32,000 nucleotides of DNA from Propionibacteriaceae bacterium (GTDB taxonomy: Bacteria; Actinomycetota; Actinomycetes; Propionibacteriales; Propionibacteriaceae): positions 60,001 to 92,000 of the forward strand of contig JAIRQE010000025.1 of the NCBI GenBank assembly GCA_031256725.1, in the 5' to 3' direction. Shown here piece after piece: positions 13,255 to 25,300 of the stretch (position 1 is its first letter; every line of letters begins with the position of its first letter). The translations under genes were made by a program, and so were the position numbers. Under the pieces are notes generated by a model that was not told the origin of the DNA, made no database searches, and was given only the letters and a program-made list of their open reading frames with translations.

Positions 13255-15195
13255 ATGGTAGACACTGTGATGAATCTCAACGACTCTTTGTACCCCCAAC
13301 TCGCGCCCCTGTTGTCGCGGGTTTCCCGGCCTATCCAGTACATAGGTGGAGAGGTGAACTCGACGACGAAACCCTGGGATTCAGTCGAGGTACGGTGGTG
13401 TTTCCTCTTCCCTGATGCCTATGCTGTGGGCCAGCCGAACCAGGGTGTGGCCATTCTCTACGAAGTGTTGAACGAACGGAATTGGATACTGGCTGAAAGA
13501 ACCTTCTCCATTTGGCCTGATTTGGCTGGGCTGATGCGCGAAAATGGGGTTCCGCAGTTCACATGGGAAACGGTACGACCTGTACGCGACTTCGATGTTC
13601 TTGGAGTTTCCCTGTCAACCGAGTTGGGGTACACAAACCTGTTGGAGGCCCTGGACCTTGCCGGTATCCCCTTGCGTAGTACAGACCGTGGAGAGGAGGA
13701 CCCGCTGGTCATCGTTGGAGGCCACATCACCACCAACCCCGAACCTATCGCCGAGTTCATTGATGTCGCAGTCATGGGGGATGGCGAGGAGGCTGTACTT
13801 CAAATATCTGAGCTCGTCAGGCAGGGGAAGGCTGAAGGGTGGAACCGCGAGACTCTGCTGTTGACGCTTGCTGCGACCGGATTGGTGTACATACCGCAGT
13901 TTTATGATGTGTTTTATAGTGACCTAGCTATCCGCGAGGTACGGCCCAATCGCGCAGGTGTGCCGTCGAGAATCAGGAAGTACACCCTCACGGACTTGGA
14001 CTCTTGGCCCTATCCCAAACACCCGATCGTGCCACTAGCGGAGACTGTTCATGAACGCTATTCTGTCGAGATCTTTCGCGGATGTCTGCGGGGATGTCGG
14101 TTCTGTCAGGCTGGGATGATCACCCGCCCGGTACGGGAGCGGTCGATTGATGTGATTGGTGACATGGTGCAGTGTGGGCTTGATGCCACAGGCTATGAAG
14201 AGGTGGGGCTGCTGTCCCTGTCAAGCGCTGATCATTCCGAGATCTCCGAGATCACCGAGGGTCTCTCCGATAGATATGCAGGGACGAATGTTTCCCTCTC
14301 CCTCCCTTCAACGCGTGTGGATGCCTTCAACATCGACCTTGCTGAGCAACTGTCACGCAATGGTCGCCGCTCTGGGTTGACTTTTGCTCCCGAGGGCGGA
14401 TCGGAGAGGATGCGTCGGGTCATCAACAAGAATGTGGATGAGGACGACCTGATCGCCACTGTTGAGGCAGCTTTCAAATCCGGATGGCGTTCAGTCAAAC
14501 TCTATTTTATGGCCGGGTTGCCGACCGAGACCGATGAGGATGTTATGGCCATTGGTACCCTCGCGCGACGGGTTATTGATGCGGGCCGAGCCATCACCGG
14601 CCAGCGCGACATCTCATGTACGATCTCCCTGGGCGCGTTCGTACCTAAGCCTCATACGAGTTTCCAATGGGCTGGGCAATGTGAGGTGGACACGGTGAAT
14701 GACCGGATGCGTACCCTCAAGGATTCGATTCGTGAGGATCGGAAGTATTCGCGGGCCATCTCCATTAAGTGGGCGGACGGTAAGCCCGGTCGGGTTGAGG
14801 GTCTGCTTGCTCGGGGGGATCGCCGAGTTGGTCCAGTCATTGAGAGCGTATGGAGGGATGGCGGGGTCTTCGACGGGTGGAGTGAGCATTTCTCGTACGA
14901 GCGCTGGATGGCTCATGCGGAGGAGATCCTGGGCAACAGTGGCCTTTCGGTTGATTGGTACACAACCCGTGAGCGGGACCGAGATGAGGTTCTCCCCTGG
15001 GATCATCTCGACGTCGGGCTTGACCGTGATTGGCTCTGGGATGATTGGCAGGACAGTACGACCGGTATCTCTTTGGGTGACTGTCGCTGGGAGGGATGTA
15101 CCGACTGTGGGGTCTGCCCCGATCTTAAAGTTGCCATCGAAATGGGCCCGACTGGGCGTACCCTTCTTCCAGTTGTGGGGGTGACTCATGGCTAG
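13255..15195 (+). CDS. TIGR03960-type radical SAM protein with a B12-binding-like N-domain; function unknown.
   Basis: The CxxxCxxC cluster motif is CLRGCRFCQAG. The N-terminus carries the characteristic RPIQYIGGEVNS. The product is 646 aa, and the family partner gene follows immediately. Confidence 0.88.
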   Translation: MVDTVMNLNDSLYPQLAPLLSRVSRPIQYIGGEVNSTTKPWDSVEVRWCFLFPDAYAVGQPNQGVAILYEVLNERNWILAERTFSIWPDLAGLMRENGVPQFTWETVRPVRDFDVLGVSLSTELGYTNLLEALDLAGIPLRSTDRGEEDPLVIVGGHITTNPEPIAEFIDVAVMGDGEEAVLQISELVRQGKAEGWNRETLLLTLAATGLVYIPQFYDVFYSDLAIREVRPNRAGVPSRIRKYTLTDLDSWPYPKHPIVPLAETVHERYSVEIFRGCLRGCRFCQAGMITRPVRERSIDVIGDMVQCGLDATGYEEVGLLSLSSADHSEISEITEGLSDRYAGTNVSLSLPSTRVDAFNIDLAEQLSRNGRRSGLTFAPEGGSERMRRVINKNVDEDDLIATVEAAFKSGWRSVKLYFMAGLPTETDEDVMAIGTLARRVIDAGRAITGQRDISCTISLGAFVPKPHTSFQWAGQCEVDTVNDRMRTLKDSIREDRKYSRAISIKWADGKPGRVEGLLARGDRRVGPVIESVWRDGGVFDGWSEHFSYERWMAHAEEILGNSGLSVDWYTTRERDRDEVLPWDHLDVGLDRDWLWDDWQDSTTGISLGDCRWEGCTDCGVCPDLKVAIEMGPTGRTLLPVVGVTHG

Positions 15196-15850
15196 ACAGC
15201 AGCCTCCACAGCAACCACCTCCAGTACAACGCCTTGTAATCCAGTACGGGAAACTTGCGAGAATGGGTTTTGCGTCCCATCGTGATTTCGCCCGGGCCTT
15301 TGAGAGGGGATTGCGTCGCTCGGAGGTACCCATGGCCTATTCCTCGGGTTTCAATCCTCACCCAAGAATCTCATACGTCAACCCCGCGCCAACCGGTGTC
15401 GAGAGTGAAGCAGAGTACCTCATCATCGCCTTACGTGAGACCTGCATTCCGGCAGATGTACGGATAAAACTCGCCGCAGTGATGCCGGAGGATTTCCCCA
15501 TCATTGCTGCACATGAGGTCGACCCATCCCAATCCTGGGATGCCAGTCTCTGGGAGATCCACCTTGATGGAATCAGTGAAGAAGTACTCACTCAAGCCGC
15601 ATCAATATTCATGGAAGCCGACGAGATCCTAGTCTCAAGAGAGGTCAAAACAGGCCTAAGAACCTTCGACGCCCGAGGATCAGTAGAGTCCCTAAAACCC
15701 GTCGACCGCTCAACACTAAAAGTAGTAATCCGTCACACCGAACCCCTAGTACGACCAGCCGACGTAGTAGGAGCCCTCACCCTACAAAACCCCCCCGAAC
15801 CAAGAATCAAAAGAATCCGCCAAGGATCCCCAACAGACCTCCTCACCTAG
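15188..15850 (+). CDS. TIGR03936-type (DUF2344) radical-SAM-associated protein.
   Basis: The motifs FASHRDFARAFERGLRRSEVPMAYSSGFNPHPRISY are typical of the family. Its ATG overlaps the last 8 nt of the radical SAM gene. Confidence 0.85.
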   Translation: MARQQPPQQPPPVQRLVIQYGKLARMGFASHRDFARAFERGLRRSEVPMAYSSGFNPHPRISYVNPAPTGVESEAEYLIIALRETCIPADVRIKLAAVMPEDFPIIAAHEVDPSQSWDASLWEIHLDGISEEVLTQAASIFMEADEILVSREVKTGLRTFDARGSVESLKPVDRSTLKVVIRHTEPLVRPADVVGALTLQNPPEPRIKRIRQGSPTDLLT

Positions 15851-16018
15851 CCCCCAAAAGGCCAGACGGTGTCATAGAAAACAAAGGTCCGACACCGAGC
15901 CCTCCACATGATTATGTTACGGAGAATTCTCAAGACCCCTAGCCCCTCAAAGACGATGGCCTGGCCCCTCTTAAAAGGGGATCATGATTTTCCCAACGCA
16001 GTATTCAGATGCAATCAA

Positions 16019-16130
16019 GGAGGGGGTGTGGTACATCTGTTCCAAGCCGTCCCCCCGAGCGGAGGAGTTGTCTCCCCCGCAGGGGGAACAACTACGTGAG
16101 CGTGTTTGGAACAGATGTACCACACCCCCT
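16019..16130 (+). repeat. Structured palindromic intergenic element, copy 2 (112 nt).
   Basis: The arms are a perfect 25-bp inverted repeat (16021-16045 with 16106-16130). An apical hairpin occupies 16066-16093. An 18-nt block, CCCGAGCGGAGGAGTTGT, is identical to copy 1. Confidence 0.8.
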
Positions 16131-16197
16131 GCGCACATTCCACCAAATTGCGTACCCGAAAACCAAAAACCAAGAAAGCAACCATAGAGAAACCTAA

Positions 16198-16225
16198 TTC
16201 AACTCTCAGTATAGATATTTATTAT
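16198..16225 (+). promoter_or_regulatory. Candidate sigma70-like promoter for the adhesin gene: TTCAAC-N16-TATTAT.
   Basis: It sits in the only strongly AT-rich patch of the 487-bp upstream gap. The -10 is a good match and the -35 is weak. It would give a leader of about 105 nt. Confidence 0.25.
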
Positions 16226-16286
16226 GAAAATCATGTCTGCCCTTATTTTTCGATTCTGTGGGAGATGATGGGGGCAAGTCATGGGG

Positions 16287-16305
16287 CTGTGTAGAACCTA
16301 CACAG
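16287..16305. promoter_or_regulatory. 19-bp perfect dyad, CTGTGTAG-aac-CTACACAG, in the adhesin leader.
   Basis: The stem is a perfect 8 bp with a 3-nt centre. It lies 33 nt upstream of the ATG, and AGGAGG follows immediately. Confidence 0.3.
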
Positions 16306-16337
16306 GAGGGGTGAATCAATGAGTTGAAAGAGGTAGC

Positions 16338-19300
16338 ATGCCATTGTCCAAGAGTGCATATCCTGCGCAAAGTCAGTACGGTCGTCGTTTCTTAGCTGTG
16401 ATTGCAGCCCTAGGAATGATGCTGGGGAGTATCATATTAAGTACTCCTGCAGTTCATGCGGCTCCCGGTGATGAAGTAGTCACAACATGGGATCAGTTGC
16501 GTGCAGCAATCTCGAACCCAGCGGTAACCACCATCTACCTGGGGTCCAATATTCAGCGAGTTGGCACAGCCACGAGTACTGATCTTCCTGCGGTGAATCG
16601 TACATTGACTATTGATGGTCAATCGAAAACTCTGGATTTCCGTGCTGGTGGTACGACGACAGTAAACCGTCGGGGATTCGAGCTATCAGGAGCGGGTAAT
16701 CTCACCGTGACAAACCTCAACCTCTATTATCCAAATACGACTGCTTTTATTGCGGGAGACGGTCAGACGGTCAGTCTTCACTCTGTGATGCCTGTGATCC
16801 CGCCCAATGCTGGTCTGGCTATTCTGCCAACAGGAACAGTGAATCTTTCAGGGAGAATCACATGGGAGTCTGAATCCACGAGTACTGTGGTGAACGCTTC
16901 AAAGATCAACGTGACTGGCACTGATAGCAAGGTTTCATTGAAGAATCATCCATCAAGTTTTGGTACGAGCGATGACTCGCCCACGATTGTCTGCAATCAA
17001 GGAGCATCGAACATTGTCTCTGTCACCGAAGGTGCTCACCTAGCGATTGAAGCGAGGACCAGTGGTGATACTCAGACGGTCTATATGAACAGAGGTGCAG
17101 CCGATGTGATGAAGTTCGTCGCTGATGGTGTGGGTACGAACCTTGACATTAGAGGCTATATGAATGGTACTGGTCCTGATGGTGGTATCGTAACTATGGT
17201 TGGGCGATCTGGTGGTTTTCAGGTTACTGGTGGGGCAGTGGTGACTGTTCATGCTGCTTTACGTGATGGCGTGAATAGTGCTAGCAATGGAATGCCTGCT
17301 GTTGTCCAGCAGATTCCTGGTGGTCTCTTCCTTGTTGATGGTGAAGGATCCAAGCTGAATATCCAATCCGATGGTGCGGGCAATGATCTTGCGGGAGCAG
17401 TCCGGATTCGATCTGTAGGTGATCAGGTCTTGCAGGTATCCAACCTTGGTGAACTAAATGTACTGCGTACACTGCGTCAAAGTGGTGGGCACACCCCGTC
17501 TGCTATTCGTTTTGGTACTGGTGTCAATAACACGTTGAAAGTGACTGATGGTGGTCTGATTCGTGTCGAAAACCAAGGTACTGGCACTATTGCTACCCAG
17601 GGACGTGCTGGAAATAATGGTGGCATTGAGTATGCTGCTAACGGTTTTACATTCGATGTGAGTGGGTCCAAGGTCAATTCCACAGGCCAGAAAATTCCAA
17701 GTACTATCGAGGTAATCGCTGCTGGTGGTCCGGCTGTGGCAGCCCGTGGTATGGATAATGGTTCGATCTCGGTACGTGATGGTGGCGTTTTCGTTGCTCG
17801 CGGTAACGTCAACAGCGACTCTGAAGGTATTTTTAGTGCAGGTCGGAACTTCACATTCACCACAGATTCCCCCTTGTACTACGACTTCGCAAATACGAAC
17901 ATTAGAACGGGGGCTCTTGTATTTAGCATTGAGGCGAATGGCGCCTCCTACACATCGCACGATACTGATATTGCGGTCTGGGGTAATGGAACATCTCGTG
18001 TTGGTGGTAGTGCAAACACGACAAATAGTTCCTTCAACTCGATCGCTGATGACCCCTATCGTTCGTGGACTTTGGTTGACTTCACTTTGTCTGGTGCCAA
18101 CTTTGGTACCTTGGGTGCCGCAAATGACCCCACACTCGATAACACAGTGTCAAGCTTCGGTAGTCGCGGTATGGTTCCCTACCATAGGGTCTCAGGCAAC
18201 AATGCAGCCCCAATCATTCGTGGTTTGACTGAGCCTACGAACGCTGACCTCTATGTACGCGCCTGGGGTACTGTGCCTGAGGGTTTGGACTTCTATGGCC
18301 GCCCAATCTGGACGAACGAGGTCTTTGCTCGGTTCCAGATCACGCACCCAGATGGGTTGATCGGTACCTCTGTTTATGGGCAAATCAGTTCGGTTGAAGA
18401 CGAGTCTCTTTACACTGTTGAGCAGAATGTGAAGCGTATGGATGGTACTGTCCGCTACACGAATGGCAAGTTGCTCGTACCAGGTACGACCTACCAAGTT
18501 GTCCAAGCTTGGCGTGGTGGGGTCGATAACCCAATGTCGGACAAGATCCACATGTCAGAGCCGGACGGTATTCTCACGAACCCCGTCACGGTGACTGATG
18601 TTCTCCCCCCAGTACCAGCGGTGATCACTGCGCCAGCGGAACTTCTCATAGGTGACGACAATAGGATCACTGGTACATGGCTGACCCAGGATAAGCAGGC
18701 AGCCAAGGAGCCTCATAATCCTGATCCGGCTGTGGCGATCTCAGCGGTGACCAGTACTGGTGCAGTCCTTGCTGAGGGTACCTTGAATCCTGATGGAACA
18801 TGGCTTGTAGATATCCCAGAATCGGTAACCACTGGTCTGTCATCTGGAGACAAGGTGTACCTCGTGCTCAAGGATGGCCAAGGTAATGCAAACCCGCTGG
18901 TGAGTACCCCTATCCATGACACCACGAAACCAGAAGCGCCCTCTATCACGGCTGTTCTCGCTAAGATCATCGCAGAGGATTTCACGATCACTGCGTACAA
19001 TGCGACCGCGATGATGAATGCTGGAGACCGGGATGCGCGCTTGATTTCCCTTGCGAAGGCCCAAGGCAGACTTAATGATAGTAACCCACTGTCAGCCACT
19101 GATGTCGAAGTGGTCTCTGTCGCCATTCCTAACCCAGTGGTACCTGGTATCTATGAGGTGAAGTTCCATGTTAAGGGTGCGCCGACAACCCCGAATTACT
19201 ACAAGACGATCCTCGCTACTGTCACTGAGGATGTGTTCTCTGTAGAGAAATCGACCTTCACTGTGACCCCGGTCGTGACGACTACGAATGATTCCAACTG

Positions 19301-22300
19301 GAAGGTGGCTAATGGTACTGACACCTACACGGGCACACTGACAGCCAAGGACACCGACGGTAACCCAATGGCAAACCTAACAGGGATCCAGTTCGAAGCC
19401 TCGTCTGGTGAGGTGGTTGTCTCAACCATTAAGAATGAAGGAAATGGGATCTACACCGTGACCTTCTCGACCTCGAAGGCTGATCCCGGTTACACCGCTA
19501 AAGTCACCGTTTTGGGAACCCAGGTCGGAGCCAATGAGCCGATCCCCTTCAAAGTGGGTGAATTGTCCCAATCCAAGTCGACCTTCGAGGTGACTCCTGC
19601 GGTTGACCCGAATGATTCCTCGAAGAAGGATTGGGTCCTTGTTTCCGAGGGTGCCCACTACTACACCGGCACTCTGACCGCCAAGGATGAGGCAGGCAAT
19701 GCGTTGAAGAACCTGGCCCTGACCGACATTATGTTCTCGGCCTCCTCAGATAAGGTGGCTCTTACATCTGTGGTGAACAATGGAGACGGTACCTACACAG
19801 TTCAGTACTCCTCCAAGGTGGCCAACCCTTCAGTAAAGGCAGCCTTGTCCTACAAGGGCACTCAGATTGGTGCAACAAAGCCGATCCCGTTCAAGGCGGG
19901 ACAGGCCGTGGTTGACCCCTGTGATGATCCCAGCAAACCGAGTACAGGCCTGATTGCAGATCCGACAAGTTTGCCTGTGGGTGAGGTCTCGGATCTCACA
20001 GTACTGGTCGTGGATAAGTTCTGTAACCCTGTTGAAGGCGAACAGGTCACGATCACGATTGCCCCAGATTCTCCGGCTGTACTTCTGGGTGGGTCGGGTA
20101 CCACTGATTCTGAGGGCAAGCTCTACGCAACATTAACTGATACTAAGTCTGAGGATGTCCTTGTTACTGCGAAAATTGCGGCAGGTACTGTACCCCAACC
20201 CACAATAGTGACCTTCCGTGAGGGCGGCTTCTCCCATCAGAAATCTACCTTTGAGGTGACTCCTGTGGTGGATCCCATGGACCCGGATAAGAAGGATTGG
20301 GTCGTGGTTTCTGAGGGTGTTCACTATTACACGGGTACGATCAGGGCCTTTGATTCTAAGGGTAACTCTTTGAAGGATTTGGATGTGGCTGACTTCTCAT
20401 TCACTCCATCAAGTACGGACGTATCTGTGACCTCTGTGGTGAACAATAAGGACGGCACCTATAGCGTACAGTTCTCATCGAAGGTGGCTGATGCGAGCTT
20501 TACGGCAACCGGTTCCTATGGTGGTGACCAGGTGGGTACGGCCACACCGATCCCATTCAAAGCCGGTACACCGACACCGGAATGTACTGACCCTAATCTG
20601 GGGTCACGGTTGAGTGCCGATCCGACCAGCTTGAAGGTGAATGAGGTGTCCACGCTGACCGCAGTCGTGAGGGATCAGTTCTGCAATCTGGTGGTAGGTC
20701 ATGAAGTGACGTTCACTGTTGACCAGTCCACATCAACCACGGCTTCCCTCTCATCGGCTACGGCCATAACAAATGATCAAGGTATCGCCGAGGTGACTGT
20801 GACTGACTCCACATCGGGTCAGGTTATGGTCTCGTCGAAGATCAACAATGACACTGATGAGATCCTGGATTCCCCACAGACCATCACCTTTGAAGTTGAT
20901 AGCGTGGATGCGAACAAGTCCACTGTGACTGTGAACCCAACCACTCAAACTGCGGGCCAGAACGTAGTGATCACTACTGAGGTCCGGGATGGGTCCAATA
21001 ACAGGATTCCTGGTCTGACTGTCGATCAGTTTGTGGTCATTGGTACCTCGGATGGTCTCCCAGACATGAGGATTCCGGCTTCAAGTTTCACTGAAACTTC
21101 ACCCGGTGTGTACACCTTCACTGGTACCTCCGAGAAGGTAGGGGTTTTCACGGTACAAGCCACTGTCGCAGGGGTAGTACTTGATGATAAGCCGACGGTG
21201 ACTTTCACGGCTGGTGGTGTGGCTGCGGCGACCTCGTCTTTCGTGATGGTGGACAATAATGCGCTCGCTGATGGTTCAGCGCAGAACTCGGCAAAGGCTA
21301 TTGCGCGCGATGTTTATGGTAATCCTGTGCCTGATGCTGTGGTCGTTATGGAAGACAAGTCCACAGGTGATGTAGCTGGGTTCTTGGCTCCTGCGAAGTT
21401 TGAGGGCAAGACTGGTGCAGATGGGACGGTGATGATTTACTGGACCTCGACTAAGAGGGGTATCTTTACCGCTGAGGGCACGATCGACGGATTACGTCCA
21501 ACTACGGGTGTGCTGAATCAGATCACCTTCACGTTGGGTGCAGCGAGTGCGCAGAATTCTGAGATGGTGGTGACCCCGGCGTCTCCGATTACTGTGGGTA
21601 ATTCGTATACGGTGACGGCGACAGTTCGTGATGCGAATGGTCTTCTTCTTGACGGTGAAAGGGTCGAGTTTGCCCTGAATCCGGGTAGCTCCGCCTTACT
21701 GACCGAGAATTACTGTGTCACCAATGCCTTGGGTCGATGTACTGTGGGTGTGACCTCGAAACTGGTCACTTCTGTGGAGATCCATGGCAGTGTTACTGAG
21801 GCTGGTGGTCTGAAGGAGATTGCTGGCAATGGTGATCTTGCGAAGGCGAGCCCACAGACTGTCGCCTTTACCCATGGTGTGGTCTGTCTTCCCCCTGATG
21901 TATGTGAGCCAGTGGATCCCACTCATGTTTCCCGTGTGGAGGTCATGACACCTGGTGTTGAGGCGAATGGAAAGGATGCGAATGTTGCTCTTGCCTATGC
22001 CTATGACAAGTATGGAAATCCTGTTCCTGGGGTATCTATCGCTTCAACAAGTACGGTGGCTGAATTGGATACAACTCTGGTTCATGCTGCTACTCAGGAT
22101 GATGGGATCGCCAAGATTGAATACCGCTCAACTTTGGCTGGTGGTCATGATGCTGGTGTGACCCTTGATGGTCGTGTTCCTGCTCAGGCAATCAGCTATG
22201 GTATGCCACCACGAGATGATGGCCAGATCACTCTGAACTTTGGTTCTGGTACTGCGGTAGCCGCTAATTCGACGTTGGCGATCAGCCCAACAACATCCCA

Positions 22301-25300
22301 GGTTGTGGGTTCGACTTTCACGGTGACAGCCACGTTGAGGGATGCCACGATGAACCCAGTTGAGGGTACGACGATCACCTTCCCTGCGATTGATGATCTC
22401 GGTTTCAGTCCCCAGGCGTCATGTGTGTCTGGCAAGGATGGTACATGTCAGGTCGCGGTGACCTCAACGGTTGCGAAGACCTATGAGATCATCGGCATGA
22501 TTGGTAACGACGAGGTGTCGAATAGGGTGTCAGCAGAGTTCACTCCTGATGTGATCTGTACAGAACCCACCTGTTTGACTCGTGTAGAAGTCACGACGAA
22601 TGGTCAGAAGGCTGATGGCTCGTCGAGGAATATCGCCACGGTCTATGCCTTTGATCGTTTCGATAATCCGATTAGGGGTCTTCCTGTGACCTCGGCGCCG
22701 ACCAAGGGTACGACAGGGTTGACAGTACAACCGTCCCCAGCGGTTACGGATGCGAATGGTATGTCAACCATTTGGTATACAGCGACGGCGACGGGTACCT
22801 ATGATGCTGATGTCACTGTGGATGGTGTCACACCTCAGGGTTCTCCAGTCACATTGTTCTTCAGTGTGGGCAAGGGTAAGGCTACGACCTCAGAATGGGA
22901 TATTTCCCCAGCTGGCCCCTTGGTTGTGGGTCAGGGTACCGAGAGTACCTACACTGCGACCGCAACTGTACGAGATGAGGATCGTATTCTCGTTCCTGGT
23001 GAAGTCGTGACCTTCGCGGCGGATCCTGATGGTCCGGTTATTGAGCCGAAACTGTCATGTATGACCGACACCATGGGTACATGCTCAGTGACTATCTACT
23101 CCACCAAAGCTGGTACCTATTCAATCACGGCACGTATCACTGATGGATCCCTGGTTAATGTGGCCACAGGTGATGCGGCACTATCTCGTGCCTGGACGGC
23201 CGACAAGGTCTGCTCCCAGGCTGAGAACTGCCAGCCTGAGGATCCAAATCTGGATGAGGAGTTGCGTACCCGTATTGTGGTGAAAACCAATGGTGTGGTT
23301 GCTGATGGTGTCTCCCGAAATGAGATCGTGGCCTGGGGCTTCGATAAGTGGGGCAACCCGGTTGTGGGTGCCCGTGTGGAATCAACCAGTGCGGACAAGG
23401 GTCTGACCATCATGACGGGTATCAAGCCCCTCGGTTTGGATGGGTCCTCAACGATCTGGTACACCTCGACAACAGCGAAAGACTATGCCGTTGATGTGAA
23501 AATCGATGACCATGTACCAGTCGATTCGCCAGCAACACTCACCTTCATTCCTGGTGAGATCTCGAATGAAAACTCATCCTTCACCGTCTATCAGACAGAT
23601 GATTCGCAGACTACAGTTGTCGCGGATGGTGTGGAGTCGTGGACTGGTGAACTCTATGCGGTTGATGCCTCACAGAACCCGATCCCGAACCTCTCCCAGG
23701 CACAGATCAATGGCCTCGTATGGGGCGTAACCCCAACCGGATTGGTCACCATTTCTGCTGTTGAGAATATCGGTGAAGGCTACTACACCGTGAAGTACAC
23801 CACGACAAAGGCGGGTACGTACACAGCATCCTTGAGTAATGCTAAGGGTGCCATTGGTGGCGATGAGACTATAGAGTTTGTGACTGGCCGTGTGTCAGAT
23901 CAGAACTCGTCAATCACCGTGAATCCGTCAACCCAAATAGCGGGTTCCCCTGTGACGATCACAATTGTTGCAAAGGATGCCCACAATAACCCTGTGGCTG
24001 ATCTCACGGCAGACGATATTCAGATCATAGGCGAATCAGTGGCCCCACTCGGGCTCACGACCTTTGAGTTGCTGAGCGGTCCACAGACAACTGAGGATGG
24101 TGTCTATGTGTACACTGCGACCTCGAAGAAGATTGGAGACTTTGAGGTAAGCGGAGTCGTTGGCGGTACCCTTCTTACCCAGAAGCCCACGGTGACCTTC
24201 ACCGCAGGTGGCGTGTGTGTGGAAAGGTGTGAGGAGACTGATCCCTTGCTACAGACACGCTTCGAGATGGTGGCGAATAACCAGTTGGCGAACGGTACCT
24301 CTAAGGATTCAGCTCGGGCCTATGCCTTCGATACTTATGGCAATGCGGTGGCTCAAGCCAGTGTCCACGTTGAAGACAAGACGACCACTCCAATCCTGGT
24401 GGGCAAGTTGACTCCTCCAACACACACAGTTTCCACAGGTACAGATGGGACAGTGTTGGTTGAGTGGACCTCAACGGTTGCTGGTGTGTATATCGCTGAG
24501 GGTACTATCGACAACCTACGTCCCCTCACTGGTGTGATGAGTTCCATCGTCTTCACCGGTGGTGAGGTTGATGCCGCGAAGTCTGAGATTGTTGTGACTC
24601 CCAATTCCCCAATTGTGGTGGGGAACCAGTACACAGTGGCCGCGACAGTACGAGGAACCTCAGGGGCCGTACTAGAAAACGAAATGGTGAGCTTTAGTCT
24701 GAATCCCACGACTCCAGCATCGCTTAGTTCGGTTTCATGTATGACGGATGCTCATGGTACTTGCTCCATCACGGTGAGGTCCGAAAAGGTGGCCACAGTC
24801 AAATTGCGGGCTATGGTGTCCGAGGATGGCAGACTGACAGATGTGGGTGGCAATGGTGATTCAGCCAAGGCTAGCCCGAAGTCGCTAGAGTTCATTGCTG
24901 GCTCAGTGTGTATCGGGGATGAGTGCCTGGACCCAGACAACTACACCCGTGCGGAGGTTGTGATTGATGGTCTGCTCGCCAACGGTACTGCTGCTGATGT
25001 GGTACAAGTGTGGGCCTACGATCAGTACGGTAACCCGGTTTCAGGTGTGGACGTAACATCTACGACTGTAGACAAGGACCTCATCATTCTGGATCCGATA
25101 CCGGTTACAGACTCACAGGGTGTGACTCTAGTTGAGTATCGTTCTATGGTACTGGGGGCCCATGTGGCGAAGGTTCTCGTCAATGGTCAGGGGATTCCTG
25201 CTCGCAGTATGGATGGGACGGTGACCAGCGATGGTACCCTCACGGTGAACTTTGCCTCCCTTCAGGCTGATCCAGCGAAGTCCTTCCTGACTATTGATCC

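Noticed and set aside
14614-15333. A 239-aa ORF antisense to the 3' end of the radical SAM gene and the start of its partner.
   Set aside because: The sense strand carries clear family motifs. The antisense product is Gly/Pro/Arg/Thr-rich with no motif or ribosome-binding site. It is a typical shadow ORF of a GC-rich coding region.
15867-15897. The hairpin CGGTGTC-n17-GACACCG just after the TIGR03936 stop, considered as the operon terminator.
   Set aside because: The stem is only 7 bp, the loop is large (17 nt), and there is no T-tract. The palindromic element downstream is a better candidate for termination.
15908-16197. Three overlapping small + ORFs (62-67 aa) in the gap upstream of the adhesin.
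   Set aside because: They run through the palindromic element in different frames. Their length comes from the G/C-rich arms. They have no ribosome-binding sites, and the homologous copy at 5107-5211 does not conserve any frame.
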